The notes beneath the pieces were generated by a model, which worked only from the letters and a program-made list of their open reading frames with translations, was not told where the DNA came from and searched no databases. A program made the position numbers and the translations under genes. Shown here piece by piece: positions 37,982-52,181 of a DNA stretch of 64,000 nucleotides. Position 1 is the stretch's first letter. Each line of letters begins with the position of its first letter. This DNA comes from Basidiobolus meristosporus CBS 931.73. Taxonomy: Eukaryota; Fungi; Basidiobolomycota. Location of the stretch: NCBI GenBank assembly GCA_002104905.1, contig MCFE01000150.1:89306-153305 (forward strand). Direction: 5' to 3'.

Positions 37982-38713
37982 TCCTGCTACCCACCCAGAT
38001 TTGCATCAAACGTAGTGAAGTTGATGTCTCACAATATGTATTTTAATATCACAATTCTATCATTATTGCAAAGTTTACTAGCCTGTCTGATTTCTTCTGT
38101 TCTTATTATCTCCCCTAGTTGTTTCCCTGACCCTGCTCATTGTTCCTGTAAGCCCAGTGATCATGGCCACATGTTGTTAGCCTGGACAATGGTTTTTGAT
38201 GTAAATGCTCGTTTTCACATTCGTATTCTTTCTTGCGTTACTCGGTCGATGCAAAATAAATGTTGCTGCATATTCCAAATCTCGCCCGCTGCACAGCCGC
38301 CCTGTACGTGATGGTGTTGGGTTGTCATGGCATAAGAAGTTCGGTCAGAGAGGGACTGGGTGTTCGCGGTTGACGTCGTAGGGGTTCGTGTGGACTGTTT
38401 GGTTGGGTGGAAGAGTCACACAGGTGCAGATGCATTAATCCCGGACCTGACTATGGTGGGGTCCGCTACCCGAAATCGATATGCTTACCAAAACCCATAT
38501 GTGACAAAGTTAGACATCCACTTTATTCCCAATAGATTGGCGAAATGATTGGCCTTGCATTCCGGCCGATTTCAGAAACTCACTGTAAACTTGCCGCTAG
38601 TGCGATCAGGTAGCCAGGGAAACTTTGGACCACATTCTACTCGCGAGATTACTTGATTACCGAAATGGTTGATTACACACAGACATGAAGATTGGTTGAT
38701 GGCGTTGTCCTTT

Positions 38714-39665
38714 CTAGACTGGCTCTGGGATGGATTGGCGGCGGTTGAGTTTAGACCAGCGAAGGCCGCAAGCATTGCAGAGACTATCAATTTTGTTAGT
38801 GCTGGTGCGATTTGGCGACGATCCGGCATTACCGAGTCACTTACGTTTTGGGCCCTTGTGGTCCTTTGCGCCATTCAGGCGAGTCCACTGTGCCGCATTC
38901 AGTGCATACGCGCTCTTGCTCGCTTTCTTTGGGCTTCTTCTGGCTCTATAGAGGGGTCACGTTAATTCAATCACCCTGGTCTGTCTACGGGTAAGTGGTA
39001 CGTACCCTGCGCTTGGGTTTGGCCAGCAGGTTTTCCAGGTTGGATGCAGTTGCTTGGTCCAAGTCTGCGCGTGGCTCGAGCTCGATAGAAGTTGGGGGCT
39101 TATGCACAAGTTCGGCGTTGGCCGAGTTCTCTGCAGAATCTGCAGGCTCAGGGGTCTTGATGGAGACCCCCAGTTCGGCAAGCTGACGTCTTAAGCGTTC
39201 GTTCTCCATCTTCAACTCGAGAAAACTGTCCATGGCCGAGGTGGCTTTGGCCGGATACTGCCTTGCCATATTGAAGTAGCACTTTAGCTCGCCCAGATTG
39301 GTAAAGTAGGGCCGGCCCAGCACCTCAAACATGACGAACCTATCGTCCTTGCGTCGGAAACGAAGAAACAGCCGGTACTCCTCCTCGGGCCTCGCCAAGG
39401 TAAGCTCTCGGAGGTAACAGTCCACGTCATCCACGTGAAGGAATTCCTTGATGTTTCGCCCTACGAGTTCGTCAGGCTGAAAGCCCACTAGCTCTTGGCA
39501 GGACGCCGAACAATAGAGTATCTTTCCCTCGGGTGTGGTGACATGGTAAAAATCTTTGATTTCGTTCAACAGCTTGTTGGACCAGTTCTTTCGTTTGGTG
39601 AACTCTTGGGAAACCGTCGAGGGGATAGGGCTGTTTGGTACTAGATCCAGAACATTCTCGTACAT
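38714..39665 (-). CDS. wc-2: White collar-2-like PAS plus GATA zinc-finger factor
   Basis: [24 protein letters not shown]. After two short introns it reads [30 protein letters not shown], with the stop at 38714. The 5' end may extend upstream. Confidence 0.85.
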
Positions 39666-40706
39666 GATTGCTTTGGTCGCACTACGCTGGGGTTCGATAA
39701 GATGCGGGGATTGCGGTGTCGGTTGCGGGTGTGGGTGTGGGTGCGGGTGCAGTCAAGAGGAGAATTCTTGGAGTGGGTACGATGATTCATTGTTACATAT
39801 ATATTTGCCACACGGCGGACTGAATGAATCTACACACCAGGATAGTCTGGTTGGTTGGAATTCATCCTGAATCGCCATGACGGGACAGATCGCGGCTCAC
39901 CTGCGTGGGGGGCGATTCGGAGTTGATCACGGCTGAACTCATCACAAGTTATGTAAACTTCGGCTGGAGTGTCACAAGCTTTGGACTATGCTACAGCAGG
40001 AGGGCCACAGGCTTATAAGACGCTGATAATCGCCTCGGCCGTCTGAAATAAGAGCGGGATTCACCATCGAGCCATCAGCGCCATCGCCTGCCACAAATGA
40101 GTGGTTGTCGAAGAAGAGGTCCTCGAAGTGGCGTGCAGACTGATCAGTATGGAATGGTGTTTGCCATGATAGGGGGATCTGTTTTCCCGATTGGTTTATG
40201 GCGCAAACCCTGATCAGCTAAACCTAATCTACTTGAGACTAGGGACAGCTTCGCTCTGAAACATCCATTTGGCTCCTTTGCGATCGTGGAATTCCAAGGC
40301 CCTCCTTGATCTAGATGGCTTCCGCCTCTTGGGATTGTGGTCCGTATATGGGGATATCTCTGGGAATCCCGGGTGGCTGCGTGGCAGGGAAAACATCACC
40401 ATTCGCTCTCCCTGGGCATCCTCGAACAGAAACGCCGACGGATTTGTCCGCGCAAAACACCGCACATCCACCACAGCCATGCGACATAAAATCGCCAGAT
40501 GCGTATCTCGCTTTGACCTTCGCTTATTTGCGAATGGAAAGGCCTAGGTGAACAGACAGGAACCCCACTGAGGACCAACGATCAAGACCAAATAGAATCA
40601 TTCACATATCTGGCTCTCGCCTCGATGTGGTGTGCATTTATTTACAATCCCGTGGCGTGTCATTCGCTTCTAGGGGTTCGTTTGGGAATCGGGTCTGGGC
40701 CGTGTG

Positions 40707-41637
40707 CTACTTCAGGTGGGTGGAGAGGCTTAACGTCTTTATACCATTCTCGGTGACCAGGCAAAGCTCGTTGGAGCCATGAATGAACATCAGCTTCTTG
40801 ACTGCTCCTTGGGGGCGTCCCGAGACAAATATACAGGCAGAGTTGATCACAACTGCCGAGGCTTTTTTACACGATATCAGAACCAGCTAAACCAGAAAGA
40901 GCGTGAGTGCTTATCCCGCCAGCCAAGCCTTACTGCGCTACTACTCACCTCACTTTCCACATGAGAGTATAAGGCCAGTATACTTCTTCCAAAATTCAAG
41001 CCAGCCAGGTGGTACGTCTTCTTCAGCACGAGCTTTGGCAGTTTCTGGGCCAATGCCGTGTTCAGCATGGTGGCATATTCTACATATACATGTGTGCGAT
41101 TCGAGGGGTAATCGTTGATTACAACCACTATGCGCCGATCAGTCAACTGGGCCACCTTGACGATCTCTTGGGTCTGTATGTCTATGCACAGGGCTTGGTG
41201 GGTGTAGTTGGCCTCGGTCTCTCGGAGCGAGTCGCCGATGCTGCGCTTCCACAGAAGAATGCTGGGGATTAGGCACTGGTCACTGTTGTAGAAGTCAACG
41301 AGCACCTCTGCGAACAAGAAATGTCAGTCAAGCTCGGGAAACGGGCTGCAGTGCCATACGTACCCTCGTTCTCCAGATGGAGCGGGCTGTCTTTGCTGAA
41401 ATGCGATTCCAATGATGTTGAAGATATGCTGTTGTGTCGCGAGCGGGTTTTGTGCTTGACCGGGAATTCCGCGCTGTTGCGGTCGCGATGTCTGCCAGGC
41501 CCCTCTGAAGGCGAGCTGGGCCCCTTTTTCGTATAGAAGCGACTCAGGCCCCCTAGGCTAATGGAAAGTCTATGGTTGTGCTCATTGCTGGTCGAACGAA
41601 AGGTCAGGTTTTGGTTGGATTTCTCTACCAGAGCCAT
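40707..41637 (-). CDS. Hypothetical spliced protein (may be a gene remnant)
   Basis: ORFs 41269-41736 and 40877-41317 can be joined by a GTACGT...CTGAC...CAG intron. A last exon reads GAVKKLMFIHGSNELCLVTENG. TATAAA at 41789-41794. No family recognised. Confidence 0.4.
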
Positions 41638-43484
41638 CGCAGAGATAGATGACTGACGTTGGGGTGGGATCAAGGAGGCTCGGGGGTCTACTATTCGGTC
41701 GGTCTTGACGGGGAGGAGCTTTAAGCGAAAGACCAAAATTGCTATGGAATGGAGTGGTTGTCAGGCTGACGGGCGTCCCGTGGATGTATTTATAAGTCCG
41801 AGAGTGGGGATTATGCCGTATCTAGGTTATATTGGCTGGCAACAGATCCAGAATTCCATCAGGGCCAAGTGACAGAGTAGAGGTGGTCGATCATTGGGTG
41901 CTCCGTCTCCACATTTTGATTCCACTGATCTGCCTCATCAACTAGCTGGCCCACATCTCGCCTATCCCGGATGGGGATGGCTCAGGGAGAATTGGCTTTC
42001 TGTGGCACGGAGTTAGAACATAATAGGGGTTTCATGTGATTGAATTCAGGGCAGATCGTCGCAGGAGCCTATTCCTTTTGTCCTGCCAGAGACAACTGAG
42101 CCTGTCGCGTACCCCATCCCCGTCAGCACAAATGGATCGATCCCCTCCAGCCAATCTGAGGGCGAAGCCACAGAGCGGAATAATCCCTACTGTCTCTAGC
42201 GGTCGGATGCTTTCTGTCACGATACTTTCGCCTCCTTAGCCATGATGATCCCAGGCTGTGTCCCTTGAAACATCTCGGTCAGTCGCAGAATCATTTACCC
42301 AAGAGACAGCTAGGCCTCCAATCTGGCTGCGACTGGTTACGCGAACAAATTGTAATGAAACCGTGGGTCATTGGCGACTGAGGCGGATCAGATCATTACG
42401 TGTCCGTACCGCGCATCGTGTCGAGAGAGCAGTTGGATTGACTCGATCGGATCTTATACAAGGGGATCAACGGTCTGCAGTGCCTGACGAGCGGATTATC
42501 ATTAGGGATCGGTGGAGGGCAATCGCTTTGGTCTAGTCTTTGAGGCTATCGCTGGGAGACGCATTGGAAATAAATCCATAATTTCCGGTTTTGTGTTAAT
42601 GAATCGCCGAATCCATATGCCATATTACCAAAGATATTGGTACCTGAAGCACCAGGTCCACAATAGCAGACAGTGGGATTGATGATGGTGGAGCGATCGA
42701 GTGAATCTTCGGATGTTGGGCTCCTGACATTTTGCTGCGAATCGGGATTATCGTCTTGGTTTGACAACGCTTGGCTGTGCCAGGAACCCACCGGTTGGAA
42801 CTGGCAGTGTAGAAGTCGTTTCATGCAGCAAACCTGGGCACGCCATTAATTAATGCTGCCCCTCAGTCTAGATGGCTCCTGATACCGATGGATGCTGACA
42901 GGCCTCCACTGTTTAACAGCACCCAACCGCAACACTGCATAGTCAACGAGCAGCGATGTTATCGGCGGTCACAGGTGAGGCCAACTATCCACAGGTGTGG
43001 TGCACAGTACTATGCAGCGGGGCTGTTCAATGGATCATTCTAGTCGTCAAGCATATTTGGTAGTCGCACCCAACCACTGACCATTTCAATTGTTTGTGAC
43101 CTGAGGTACGATAGTGCCGCATGCCGTGTTGGTGGTAATAAAGCCAAATGCAGATGTGGGAATGAGATTATTTCCCATGAACCAGGTGACAAAATGAGTT
43201 TCTATCGCGGACGAATCCAGATACTGCGCACGATATCGCGTATGTCAATTTTACTGAATGCCAAGGATTTAGGTTGAAGGTTACAGGGAAAGATCGGTTT
43301 TCCAGTCGAGAGCATGCTCGGCCCTCTCGACACGGTGGAAAAGCGTGGTTTGTCGGTTGACAAGGTGTACCTCTATTCATGCCATTTATGTTCAATGAAT
43401 ACTTCAAGATCACTGGAATGTCAGATTAGGGATGGGTTTCTATGCATTATTATAGTAGCGTATTAAATTTAGACCAGTCTACGG

Positions 43485-46469
43485 TTAGCCGCAGAAGCAG
43501 CCGAGGCATAGATAAGCAAAGCAGCCGATGAACTTGATTAGGGAGAGGACTGCAACAGCCCAGAAGATGAAGGTAAGATAGAGATGGCTCGAAACAGAGG
43601 TGGTTGGCGTTTTTAGGTTGAACCAGGAGTTGCTCTCGATGGCTTGGAACACAAGAATTAATACGACATTCGAGAAGATCCACACTAGCACGGTGCGCGT
43701 ACGGAAAAGCCGGTAGTAATCCTCCCTCTTGGTTTGAGCGTCTCGCTTGTCCTTTTTGACTACAGGGCGTATAGCGAGGTCTTTAACCGTCTCCTCGTAG
43801 ATGGCGTTGATGTCCTGGCGCTGGCTTGGCACCGCCAAAGCTGCCACCTCCTTCCCTTGCTTCGTGGTCTGCACCATGACCTTGCCTAGGTCTCCGGTAG
43901 ATCCGTTGTCGCCCTTTGTTCCCCATGAAACATCATGGGTATTGCAGAACGCATATACCATCAAGATGTTCACGTACGAGGGGAAGATAAAGAGATACTG
44001 GATGAAGGAGGTAATCATATGCCAAGGATCGAAGTACAGAATCGAAGATACTATGTACAGGCCATAAGTGGACGCCAGCGCAATAAATAGGTTCAAGCTC
44101 TCTTTTGTGAACGGATGCTCCCTCATCAGCTGAGTATTGCTGGGGTCGGAGAAATACGTGTACAGGTTGAACCCAACCGCATACAGCATGATCCCCATGA
44201 TGAACGCGAAAATGAATACGCACAGCAGATAGATCGCCTTCGAGCCCTGGGGACGGTTTCCAAGCGAGAGGATGAACTGGACGATGATGCCTAGCAGAAA
44301 GATCTGTCTGGCGATGGGGAACACAATCCAGGAGTATCCGAAAAATGGATCCGGATGGTTGGCATCGGACTCCTTGGGCATAGAAGCATCGGCCAGGAAA
44401 TAGAAGGTCAAATAGAAATTGCCCTGGTTCGTTGAATCGAATAAACGGTTAACGCGGGAAACTTATCCACCACCAGGAAAGCAGCAACTTACCAAGGCAA
44501 ACCAGCTGAAGAACAGGGAAATGATGTTGTAGATGAACTGGACAAAAAACAAAATCTTCCGGAATAGCCCGTGCTCTGTCCCGTAGATCCGCAACCAGTG
44601 TGCGGTGGCAAAGAACGCCGCGAAGAGTGATCCGTTGAGCCAACGTCTGCGTTGAGAGATAAATTCGGGCCAGCTGTCGGGCACATCGGTCTCTGCTTTG
44701 GCCGCCTGGAAGATGCACCGACCGGTTTAGTAAGACTTCGTCTCGTCTATGATTAGACAGCAACCTACCTTCACATACTTCAGCACCCAGTTGCAGTTCT
44801 TTTTGGCAACCAATTCAAAGCACAAGATACGATCCTCGGCTAGATACATGTTGGCCTCGAAAATACCGCCAGTAGCATCGGCGCCGTGCATAGTCTCGCC
44901 CTTGAAGTAAGATGCCAAGGGGCCTATACCGGGGGCAGTGTTCTTCAAAGCGGCGTAACGATACGCGGAAAACGCTCCAGGAAGCACACTGATATAGCCA
45001 AAAACGCTTTCCAACGGCTTATCCAGAATATTGCTCATTTTGTACTCGAAATTCTGCGCAGCGACCAATGGATTGATGAGATTCTTCCAGCCTGTGCCTA
45101 GCTCCACGCAGATTTCGCCACATGCTCCTCCTACGTTGCGGTCGCGGTCAAACGCTAAATGTGAATCGTGTTAGCAACAGGGTCACGAAAACTTCCGAGA
45201 CCAAATCCATTTACCTTTCCACAGGTGGTAGATGGATGTTCCGCTAGGTCTGGTTCCCACATCCAAGAGAACACACACGTTTGGATTCAACAGCGGCGCA
45301 AACGCATTGAAAAACCAGCGGTGGGAATTCAGCTTCTTCTTGTTCTTTTCCTTCAAGCAGAAGATAATCTGGGTAGGCACATATTGCTTCTCGGAAATGG
45401 ACTTCACCTGCAGTCTCTTGTTCACGTAAAGCTGCGTGGTGTATTCGTATAAATGGGCGGTAACGTCTTTGCCATTCACTTCACTCTGGGCAATCTCTTC
45501 TTGGTAGACTCCCATGGCACTGAGCACTTTGAGAACCCTAGGATGGACCTTTGTGCGGCCGTCGGCAACAACACACACCACCACCTTGGTCCAACCCTCT
45601 TTCCCCCATGTTTTGGAGCGGCTCCGGGTGCACAGATGGCGGATATTTTTGATGACTCCGCTGAAGGTTTTGATGAAAAGGTTTTCATCTTCGTTGTACA
45701 TCGTCATGACAACAAACAGTTCTGTCGTACGGCCGTAGACCGCCTGGCGTAGGGTATACTTGGATGCCAGGAATTCATCCGGATCGCAAGTCACAGCCGT
45801 GTATCTCATGTGGGTAAACTCCCGCTGATCTTTGTAATGTGCAGATGCCAAAACGCGATCGGGGACTGGGCAATCCAGAACCAAATTCCCGCTTGTCAAC
45901 TCGATGTGTTTCAAGCTGCGTCTGCGCTCCTCCACGTACCGCTCAAAACGTCGCGCATTCTCAGGAGGCGCGAAAGCAGGGTCAACGAGGTCTTTGATAG
46001 GAGCACGCCTGCGTGGCCCCTCGGACTCGACTATTGCTTGCAACTGTTCGCTTTGCAGAGGATCGGTCGGCGACGAGGCCTGCTCCTGGAGGGTTCTGAT
46101 CTCCGGAGCACTAGGCTCGCTATGAAGAAGCTCGTGGGCAGGGAACTCCTGCGGGTACGTGAAACGAGGGTCGATAGGGGGCTCCGGGGCAGAAGGAAAT
46201 GGATACATCATCTGTGGCCCGCCATGCGAATAGTAAGGTTGTGGATAGGGTAGCTCGTAGGGAAACATGAAGGCTCCAGTCTGGTGAGGCTCCGGCATGG
46301 TTGAGGGTTGTGGATAAGGCCTCTCAAGGTGTTGTAGAAGGTTGACCGCGCTGTGGGAGTCTAATGTGCTAGGTTGACCAGACCGATATGATAAGTCATC
46401 CGAGCGGTCTTCTGAGTGGTTGCGCTCTCGATTTTGAGGGGGTGAATCGTCTAGGTAGTGCTTGTACAT
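43485..46469 (-). CDS. chs: Division-1 (class I/II/III type) chitin synthase, multi-exon
   Basis: [84 protein letters not shown] and C-terminal TM helices. Start taken at MYKHY (46469). Confidence 0.95.
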
Positions 46470-48090
46470 TTTCTTTATCAGCGCCTCGAAGGGGGAAAAG
46501 TATACGGTTATTAAGTAAGACCAAAATGGGCTCTCTAGCGCGTTAACGACGAATTCCTTGTAAGAGCAAAGTCTTATATCAAACTTGACAAGTAACAAGC
46601 CAAACACTAAAGATGCAGGAATGGAGTAAAGGTAGATCCAAGATATCAATAGTAGACAGCGGCTAAGTATAAGCTGAACGATACGGATGAGTGTGGAGAT
46701 TAGAGTTGAAAATAGAACGATGGTGGCAAAATTGTAAGGGACTTTGTCCATCATATGTGGTAATTAAGTACCCCTCAGTGTCAAGCAAGTCCGGTTGTGA
46801 TGATTATCTATTGGCTTAATTAATAATAATTTCTGGCAAATCGAGTATAATTGTAGGAGATTAAAGTAGGGAATGCGGCTGTTTCGAGTTCAGTTTTATA
46901 TTGTGATTGAGCAATAAGTCACACCGCATTGGCCTGCGCTCTGCTAATCCAATGATTCCGTTTAAGGAGAAGTCTAAAAACAGATGGCTAATTTTAAACT
47001 TATTCCAAGGTTCCATTTGAATACAAATCAATTTAATCGGACTCTAGACTGAGCTGCCAGAAGGTACAAATGTCAACTATTTGCTTGGAGTCCCATGGGT
47101 GCCGAATTTATCTTGTTCACAATACTCATGTGACTCCTTGGAGGGTTGCAACAAATAGCACCAAAATTCTCTTAATTAAAAGGCATAGTTGGCAACAAAT
47201 CAGACCTCCCGAAAGAACCTTCGTGACAGTAGCAAGGTGGTGCTCGATATGATTGGCGGAGGACTCATGGAAAAGATCGCCCAAACACATACCGACCAAG
47301 GTCCCTGACATCATAACTACGTGTGGACTTATCGGTTGACATTCAGGTGGGTTATGAACAAGAAATCCAGTATTGCAGCCGCCTGTAGTGTCTCTCTCCC
47401 CAAATCTCTGAGAAGAGCTACTTCACCAAAGCCATCTTCTCACCGCATTCAGCTTGGATCACATGGGTCTACTGGTGCGAAGTAGCATGTGCCCTGAACG
47501 AAACAAGCCATGCAAATCACCACGGCACACAGGGTGAGAACCTTCCATACTGAAGATAGAACCAGTATTAAACTTCTTTCGAACATGTGGCATGTCTCGG
47601 ACTTGCATGGAACCTAGCGGGAATTGCAAGGGCAAGAATGAATTTTGACTTTATTAGGAAGTGGAGCCCTACCGCGGTTTTACTGCCGAAGGTGTTAGGT
47701 TGGATATAGATCTACGAGTGTGAGGGATCCAATTCAAGGTGCATTTCGACACAAAAATAGCTTCACGCCATGATGACATTCATGGTGGCTACACGGAACT
47801 GAAAAGTCATCCCTGATGCGGTGGCCAGAAATTCTAACATTTAAGATTGGACCAATCAGTCCATCACATCCATTCTTGGTGCCAAATCAATGGGTCATAG
47901 ACACGCTTCCTAAGACAATGCTTAAATCAAGCCAATTAAACCCCGATCATTTAAAAATAGATTTATCGGAAAAAACATGGCCAAGTTAACATATAGATAC
48001 ATAAAGTAAACAACGGAATACTTTGGTTCGAGTGAAGATTGTTGACGAATTCAGAAATCAAAAAAATTCCATCAATCAAGATTGGGCCTC

Positions 48091-48339
48091 TCACATGACG
48101 CAGCATCCTCGGCCATTACGTTCTCTTCTTATCAGCTTAGACTGACCGACTAAATGCGCGGGTGGAGTTGAAGAGACGAGTGGATTACCGGGAAGATTGT
48201 CTATCCGACTCATCGAGTCATTGCTTTGTAAGTTGGATGCACTAAAATCTACCGAGTCGAGAGGGTAGGCAGTTGCATCTGATACAAGTTCAGATACAAC
48301 AACAGCAGCAATGATGTTGGCAGGGGTCAAAATCTTCAT
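48091..48339 (-). CDS. 82-aa candidate peptide precursor with a signal-like N-terminus and RR..CAAX C-terminus
   Basis: True ATG with TATAAA 45 nt upstream (48384-48389). Hydrophobic N-terminus ..ATA/YPL; ends IRRERNGRGCCVM*. Confidence 0.5.
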   Translation of the reverse strand: MKILTPANIIAAVVVSELVSDATAYPLDSVDFSASNLQSNDSMSRIDNLPGNPLVSSTPPAHLVGQSKLIRRERNGRGCCVM

Positions 48340-51140
48340 ATTGAGCTTGGGAAGTGCTTGGGTAGGTTGCCCTGCGTCGGCCCTTTATATTTAGGTGGGA
48401 TGTCGCTTCGTACACCACTTCGTCACGGCCGATTTCAAATAAAATCTATTGAGTTTGGGATCCTTCTCATATTGCTCTGATGGGTTCATGGTATTGGATG
48501 AGTGGTTCAGGCCTATCAACGAGCAAGCAACTCTGCCATTTTTGAGCAACAATCATCAGGGCAAGATTAGGTTTAATTGTTGGTGATGCTATGATCTCCG
48601 TGCGCTATCCGTTGAATAACCTTGATCTCTGGTGATCCGTAAAGGGGGCTCGTTCCCACCAAAGAGCGACTAATGAATATGAGACCTCTAACCGTAACGA
48701 CCTTGCCCACGAAGTGTGGTAGTAGTCAAGGCAGCGATCATGCTGATCTTCGGACGAGTGATAGTGCCATCAGTCGTTTCAGCTGGAGACAATGGATCGC
48801 CGTTATCCCCAACACTAAACAATAGGAGGCTTATTCGTCTGCTGAGTTTTTAAACCATTGTTGGTGCGAGACATGGTCAGTTTCGGACATGTGTGAGGTT
48901 ATTAATGATTTAGCCCACCAGGCTGATCCGGCACAACTTGTTCAGTAGGTGACGTAAGTTCTACGGGAGACTCTGCGCAGCTAGTTTGAACAACCTCAGT
49001 ATTCCTGTTTTGCCACTTCCATCAGGCGGTCTTATTCTGGACAATGAATGCCTCTTGCAGGTAGGAAAAACCAGAACGGACATGGAAGATATGTAAATCC
49101 TTCGAGCAGGGCAGGCTCAACACACCAGTCCCTATCCAAACCACATGTTGGTTTGAGGATGGGGGCTCGGAGATTTAAAGATTTCCCATGTTTCAAGAAC
49201 GTTACTAGCCTTTCTGAGGACAAATTAACGCTGATGCTCGATTACGGCGGGAATGACCAGAAGAGCTCAGCTATTTTCCATACGCAAAGCTATGTGCGAG
49301 ACGGTCAGCTCCCATCCACCATTCCGCAAATGGTTCCCTGTTTCAAAGCGTATCTGGCAAACGATGGCAGTACAATTTAACTTGCGACTCAACTTGAATG
49401 ATGGACTGGTGGCAAACATGATTTCAAGTACATTCTAGGTTTGCGAAAACCAAATAATCAAACAACTGGGTGCTGCCAACTCTGTAGGGCTATCTACATT
49501 GTCTTTCTCAATGAACACCGGCTACCAACTTCTGGATCATTGGTCAAGCCGGGGCTTAGAAATCGGTTGAGCCATAGCCTGTGTGTTTGTCATTGCGATC
49601 AGCCAAGCCAAATACCTGCTAGTAGCATAACAGTCATGGCACAGGTATCGGGGAGATCTCGCCAGGCGATTTTGTTGTGTGGCGAGTTGATCTGTTCATC
49701 TCACTAGGCGCACTGCAACCGCCCGATGGAGTTTGCAGATAAAGGTGGGACAACTGATCATTCGAAAAGCCAGAATCTATGCGCAAGTGGCATCACCAGT
49801 GTGACCTTCCAAATGGCCACCTCGGTTGTCCCTTCGTTATATGTTTAGAGTGGCATCCAGATTGGAGACATCATAGGAATTACACAGTTTCTACGCCGGA
49901 TCCCCCAAAGTAGCTCTGGCACAATTGCGGAGCCTCCGATACCGGCTTCCGTACATCAAAGGGAATTTCAACGCAAATCTGATATTCATATCTAGCTTTA
50001 ATGGCTCAAGCTGGTGTACATTTGAACACCATCGTTCCAGTGGTGCGAGATTGATCTGATAGATGCGTGTGGGCAATCAACAATAATGTATTCGAGCTTA
50101 ACTACTGATTTAATTTATCTCCATCGGTTTGGCAACAATGAAAGTCACGGGTGTTCACACTCGCACCCGTGCCTCAGGCAGTGCCGTGCCCTTGCCATTG
50201 GTGGTGGATGTCCGTGGTCCAAATCAATCCGGTAGTTTGCAGCTGATTAATCTGAAAACCATGTTAGAAGCTTGGGGGTCACTTCATCGTAGCCTGTTGC
50301 TCGATTGACTCAGGCTGTCAGCAGCAGAGTCTCTGATGACTACATTTGAGTGGTGCAGCGATAGCTATGCACTGTGTCCGGGTTTATTAACCACCGTAAT
50401 GACCTCTAAATGTCTCACACAATTGATCCAGGCTGGTTTTGCGTGTTTGATTCAGGATATGCGTGTTACCACGGAGGGGACCAATCGAGGTTTGGTACCG
50501 GACAGCACTTTTCAAGTGCAATTGCAGTCTAGCACATATACATATATTTAACGCCGCATTTCACGGATGGGTTGCTCAATGCATATGAAAAATCTTGGTG
50601 CCTTTCTCTAAGGTAAGGTGGTGTGCTTCACATGGACTCCAGTTGGCGGTGATGCATTTCGAGCGATCTTCTCTCACCGAGATTGGTACTGCATCAATAC
50701 AGCTTCTCGACATCTTGCTTATCTAGCTTCCCTATCAATGTAGCTTCAAGTTCATCTGCCTGAGAATCCACAGGTGCCACGCGCAATTGGCTCGATCTAG
50801 TCCTACCTGGATTAGGTCTTTTTGCAAATGCCTTTTAATGAGCTCAGGTGACTGATGCTAGTTTCCTGGTGAAATAGTTCCTTAACCTACTAATCCCCAT
50901 TTCCCATCTGTTCCATTGATTACTCTTAAGCTTATTACCATTGTGACTAGTTTTTCCTAATCATCCGATAAAACATTTTGCTCCTAAGGCCGGGCGCACT
51001 CTTATTTTATCTTTCACCAAGTGGCCATCACTCGAGAGTGGCTCAGAGGAAAAACTACGCAATAGGAGACTAGTAAACATACCGAGCTTACTCTATTAAT
51101 CTTGCCTGTCCCCTGTAATCAGTTACTTAACATATCCGCC

Positions 51141-52181
51141 ATGAGGCTTTTCAGAAAGTATGCAAGTGCTCGGAATTATGAGGGTAATCACAAGCAAATC
51201 TTAAAGTGGTTATTTAGAGGAGTATTGGTGCTGCTAATACTAGGCTTACTTATTCTGGCTGGTATCTACGCCTCACCCCATTTGCAACCATTTCTATACA
51301 GGATGCAGCAAGTCCCTTTAGGTTGGTTATGGGTTACTATGGCTTATATACCGCTGGTCATGGTTTTCGCTCCGAGGTCTTTAGTTGGAAGCGGAGTTGG
51401 CTTCGTTTTCGGGCCTGCTTTAGGCTTGGCTATTGATATATCTGGGTTCACTTTGGCTACTATGAGCATCTGGGTGGTTTGTCAAGCTCTCAAGCGTGTC
51501 ATAAATGTTGGAGAAGCTCAAGAAAGTTCAATTGAGATTGCAGATGAGGAAGGGGACACCGACACCTTGCACCTAACCCATTTCAAGCCACCTTTGCAGA
51601 GACATGATTCAGAAGCTTCGCACACCAGTCAAACTTCAAATATTTCCGCCTTCTCACTCGGCTCGGAAGATGAATTGTTGATAGAGGAGCCAGCAGAAGC
51701 TTCGCATACTGGTAATAAACCAGCCTCAAGCAACAGCTCCAGCTCAGCGGCAGAGCAAGGGATCCTGAAGAAAGCAGAGAAAAGATTCCGGTTGATCAGT
51801 AGACTGTATGAGCGTGTTGGAGGATGGAAGCTAGTGCTATTCGCAAATATAAGCCCAGCATTTCCAGTTTCGTTGACTTCCTACATTCTTTCGTTTACAA
51901 ACATCCCATTCTATCAGTACCAAATCATGACTATATTGTCTAATATCCCGTATTGTGTACTCTATGTCATGATTGGGGCCTCTGCTCGCAGTTGGGCCGA
52001 CCTGATCTCAGGCCAAGGGCAGACCTGGTGGCAATGGTTAGTTTTAGCTATTGGATTAGGCTCTACCGTTGGATTTATAGCCTGGCTGGGTAAACTCACA
52101 GTCAAGTATTCGAAAGAGCTGGACGAAGAAGAGGAGGAAGAAGCTGACCTGATATCTGACGTTGATGAAGGGACTTCGTAA
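51141..52181 (+). CDS. VTT/SNARE-associated (TVP38/TMEM64/DedA-like) membrane protein
   Basis: PRSLVGSGVGFVFGPALG and GGWKLVLFANISPAFPVSLTSYILS..IPFYQY..SNIP motifs with several TM segments. Intronless; an acidic insert lies between the domain halves. Confidence 0.8.
   Translation: MRLFRKYASARNYEGNHKQILKWLFRGVLVLLILGLLILAGIYASPHLQPFLYRMQQVPLGWLWVTMAYIPLVMVFAPRSLVGSGVGFVFGPALGLAIDISGFTLATMSIWVVCQALKRVINVGEAQESSIEIADEEGDTDTLHLTHFKPPLQRHDSEASHTSQTSNISAFSLGSEDELLIEEPAEASHTGNKPASSNSSSSAAEQGILKKAEKRFRLISRLYERVGGWKLVLFANISPAFPVSLTSYILSFTNIPFYQYQIMTILSNIPYCVLYVMIGASARSWADLISGQGQTWWQWLVLAIGLGSTVGFIAWLGKLTVKYSKELDEEEEEEADLISDVDEGTS

Noticed and set aside
39715-39750. GGGTGT/GCGGGT repeats as interstitial telomere
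   Set aside because: They read as a His-Pro/Gln-Pro tract in frame with the WC-2-like ORF on the minus strand.
46470-46754. Hydrophobic N-terminal extension of chitin synthase
   Set aside because: AT-rich sequence unlike the coding region, and division-1 enzymes lack N-terminal TM segments. More likely 5' UTR or promoter, though not excluded.
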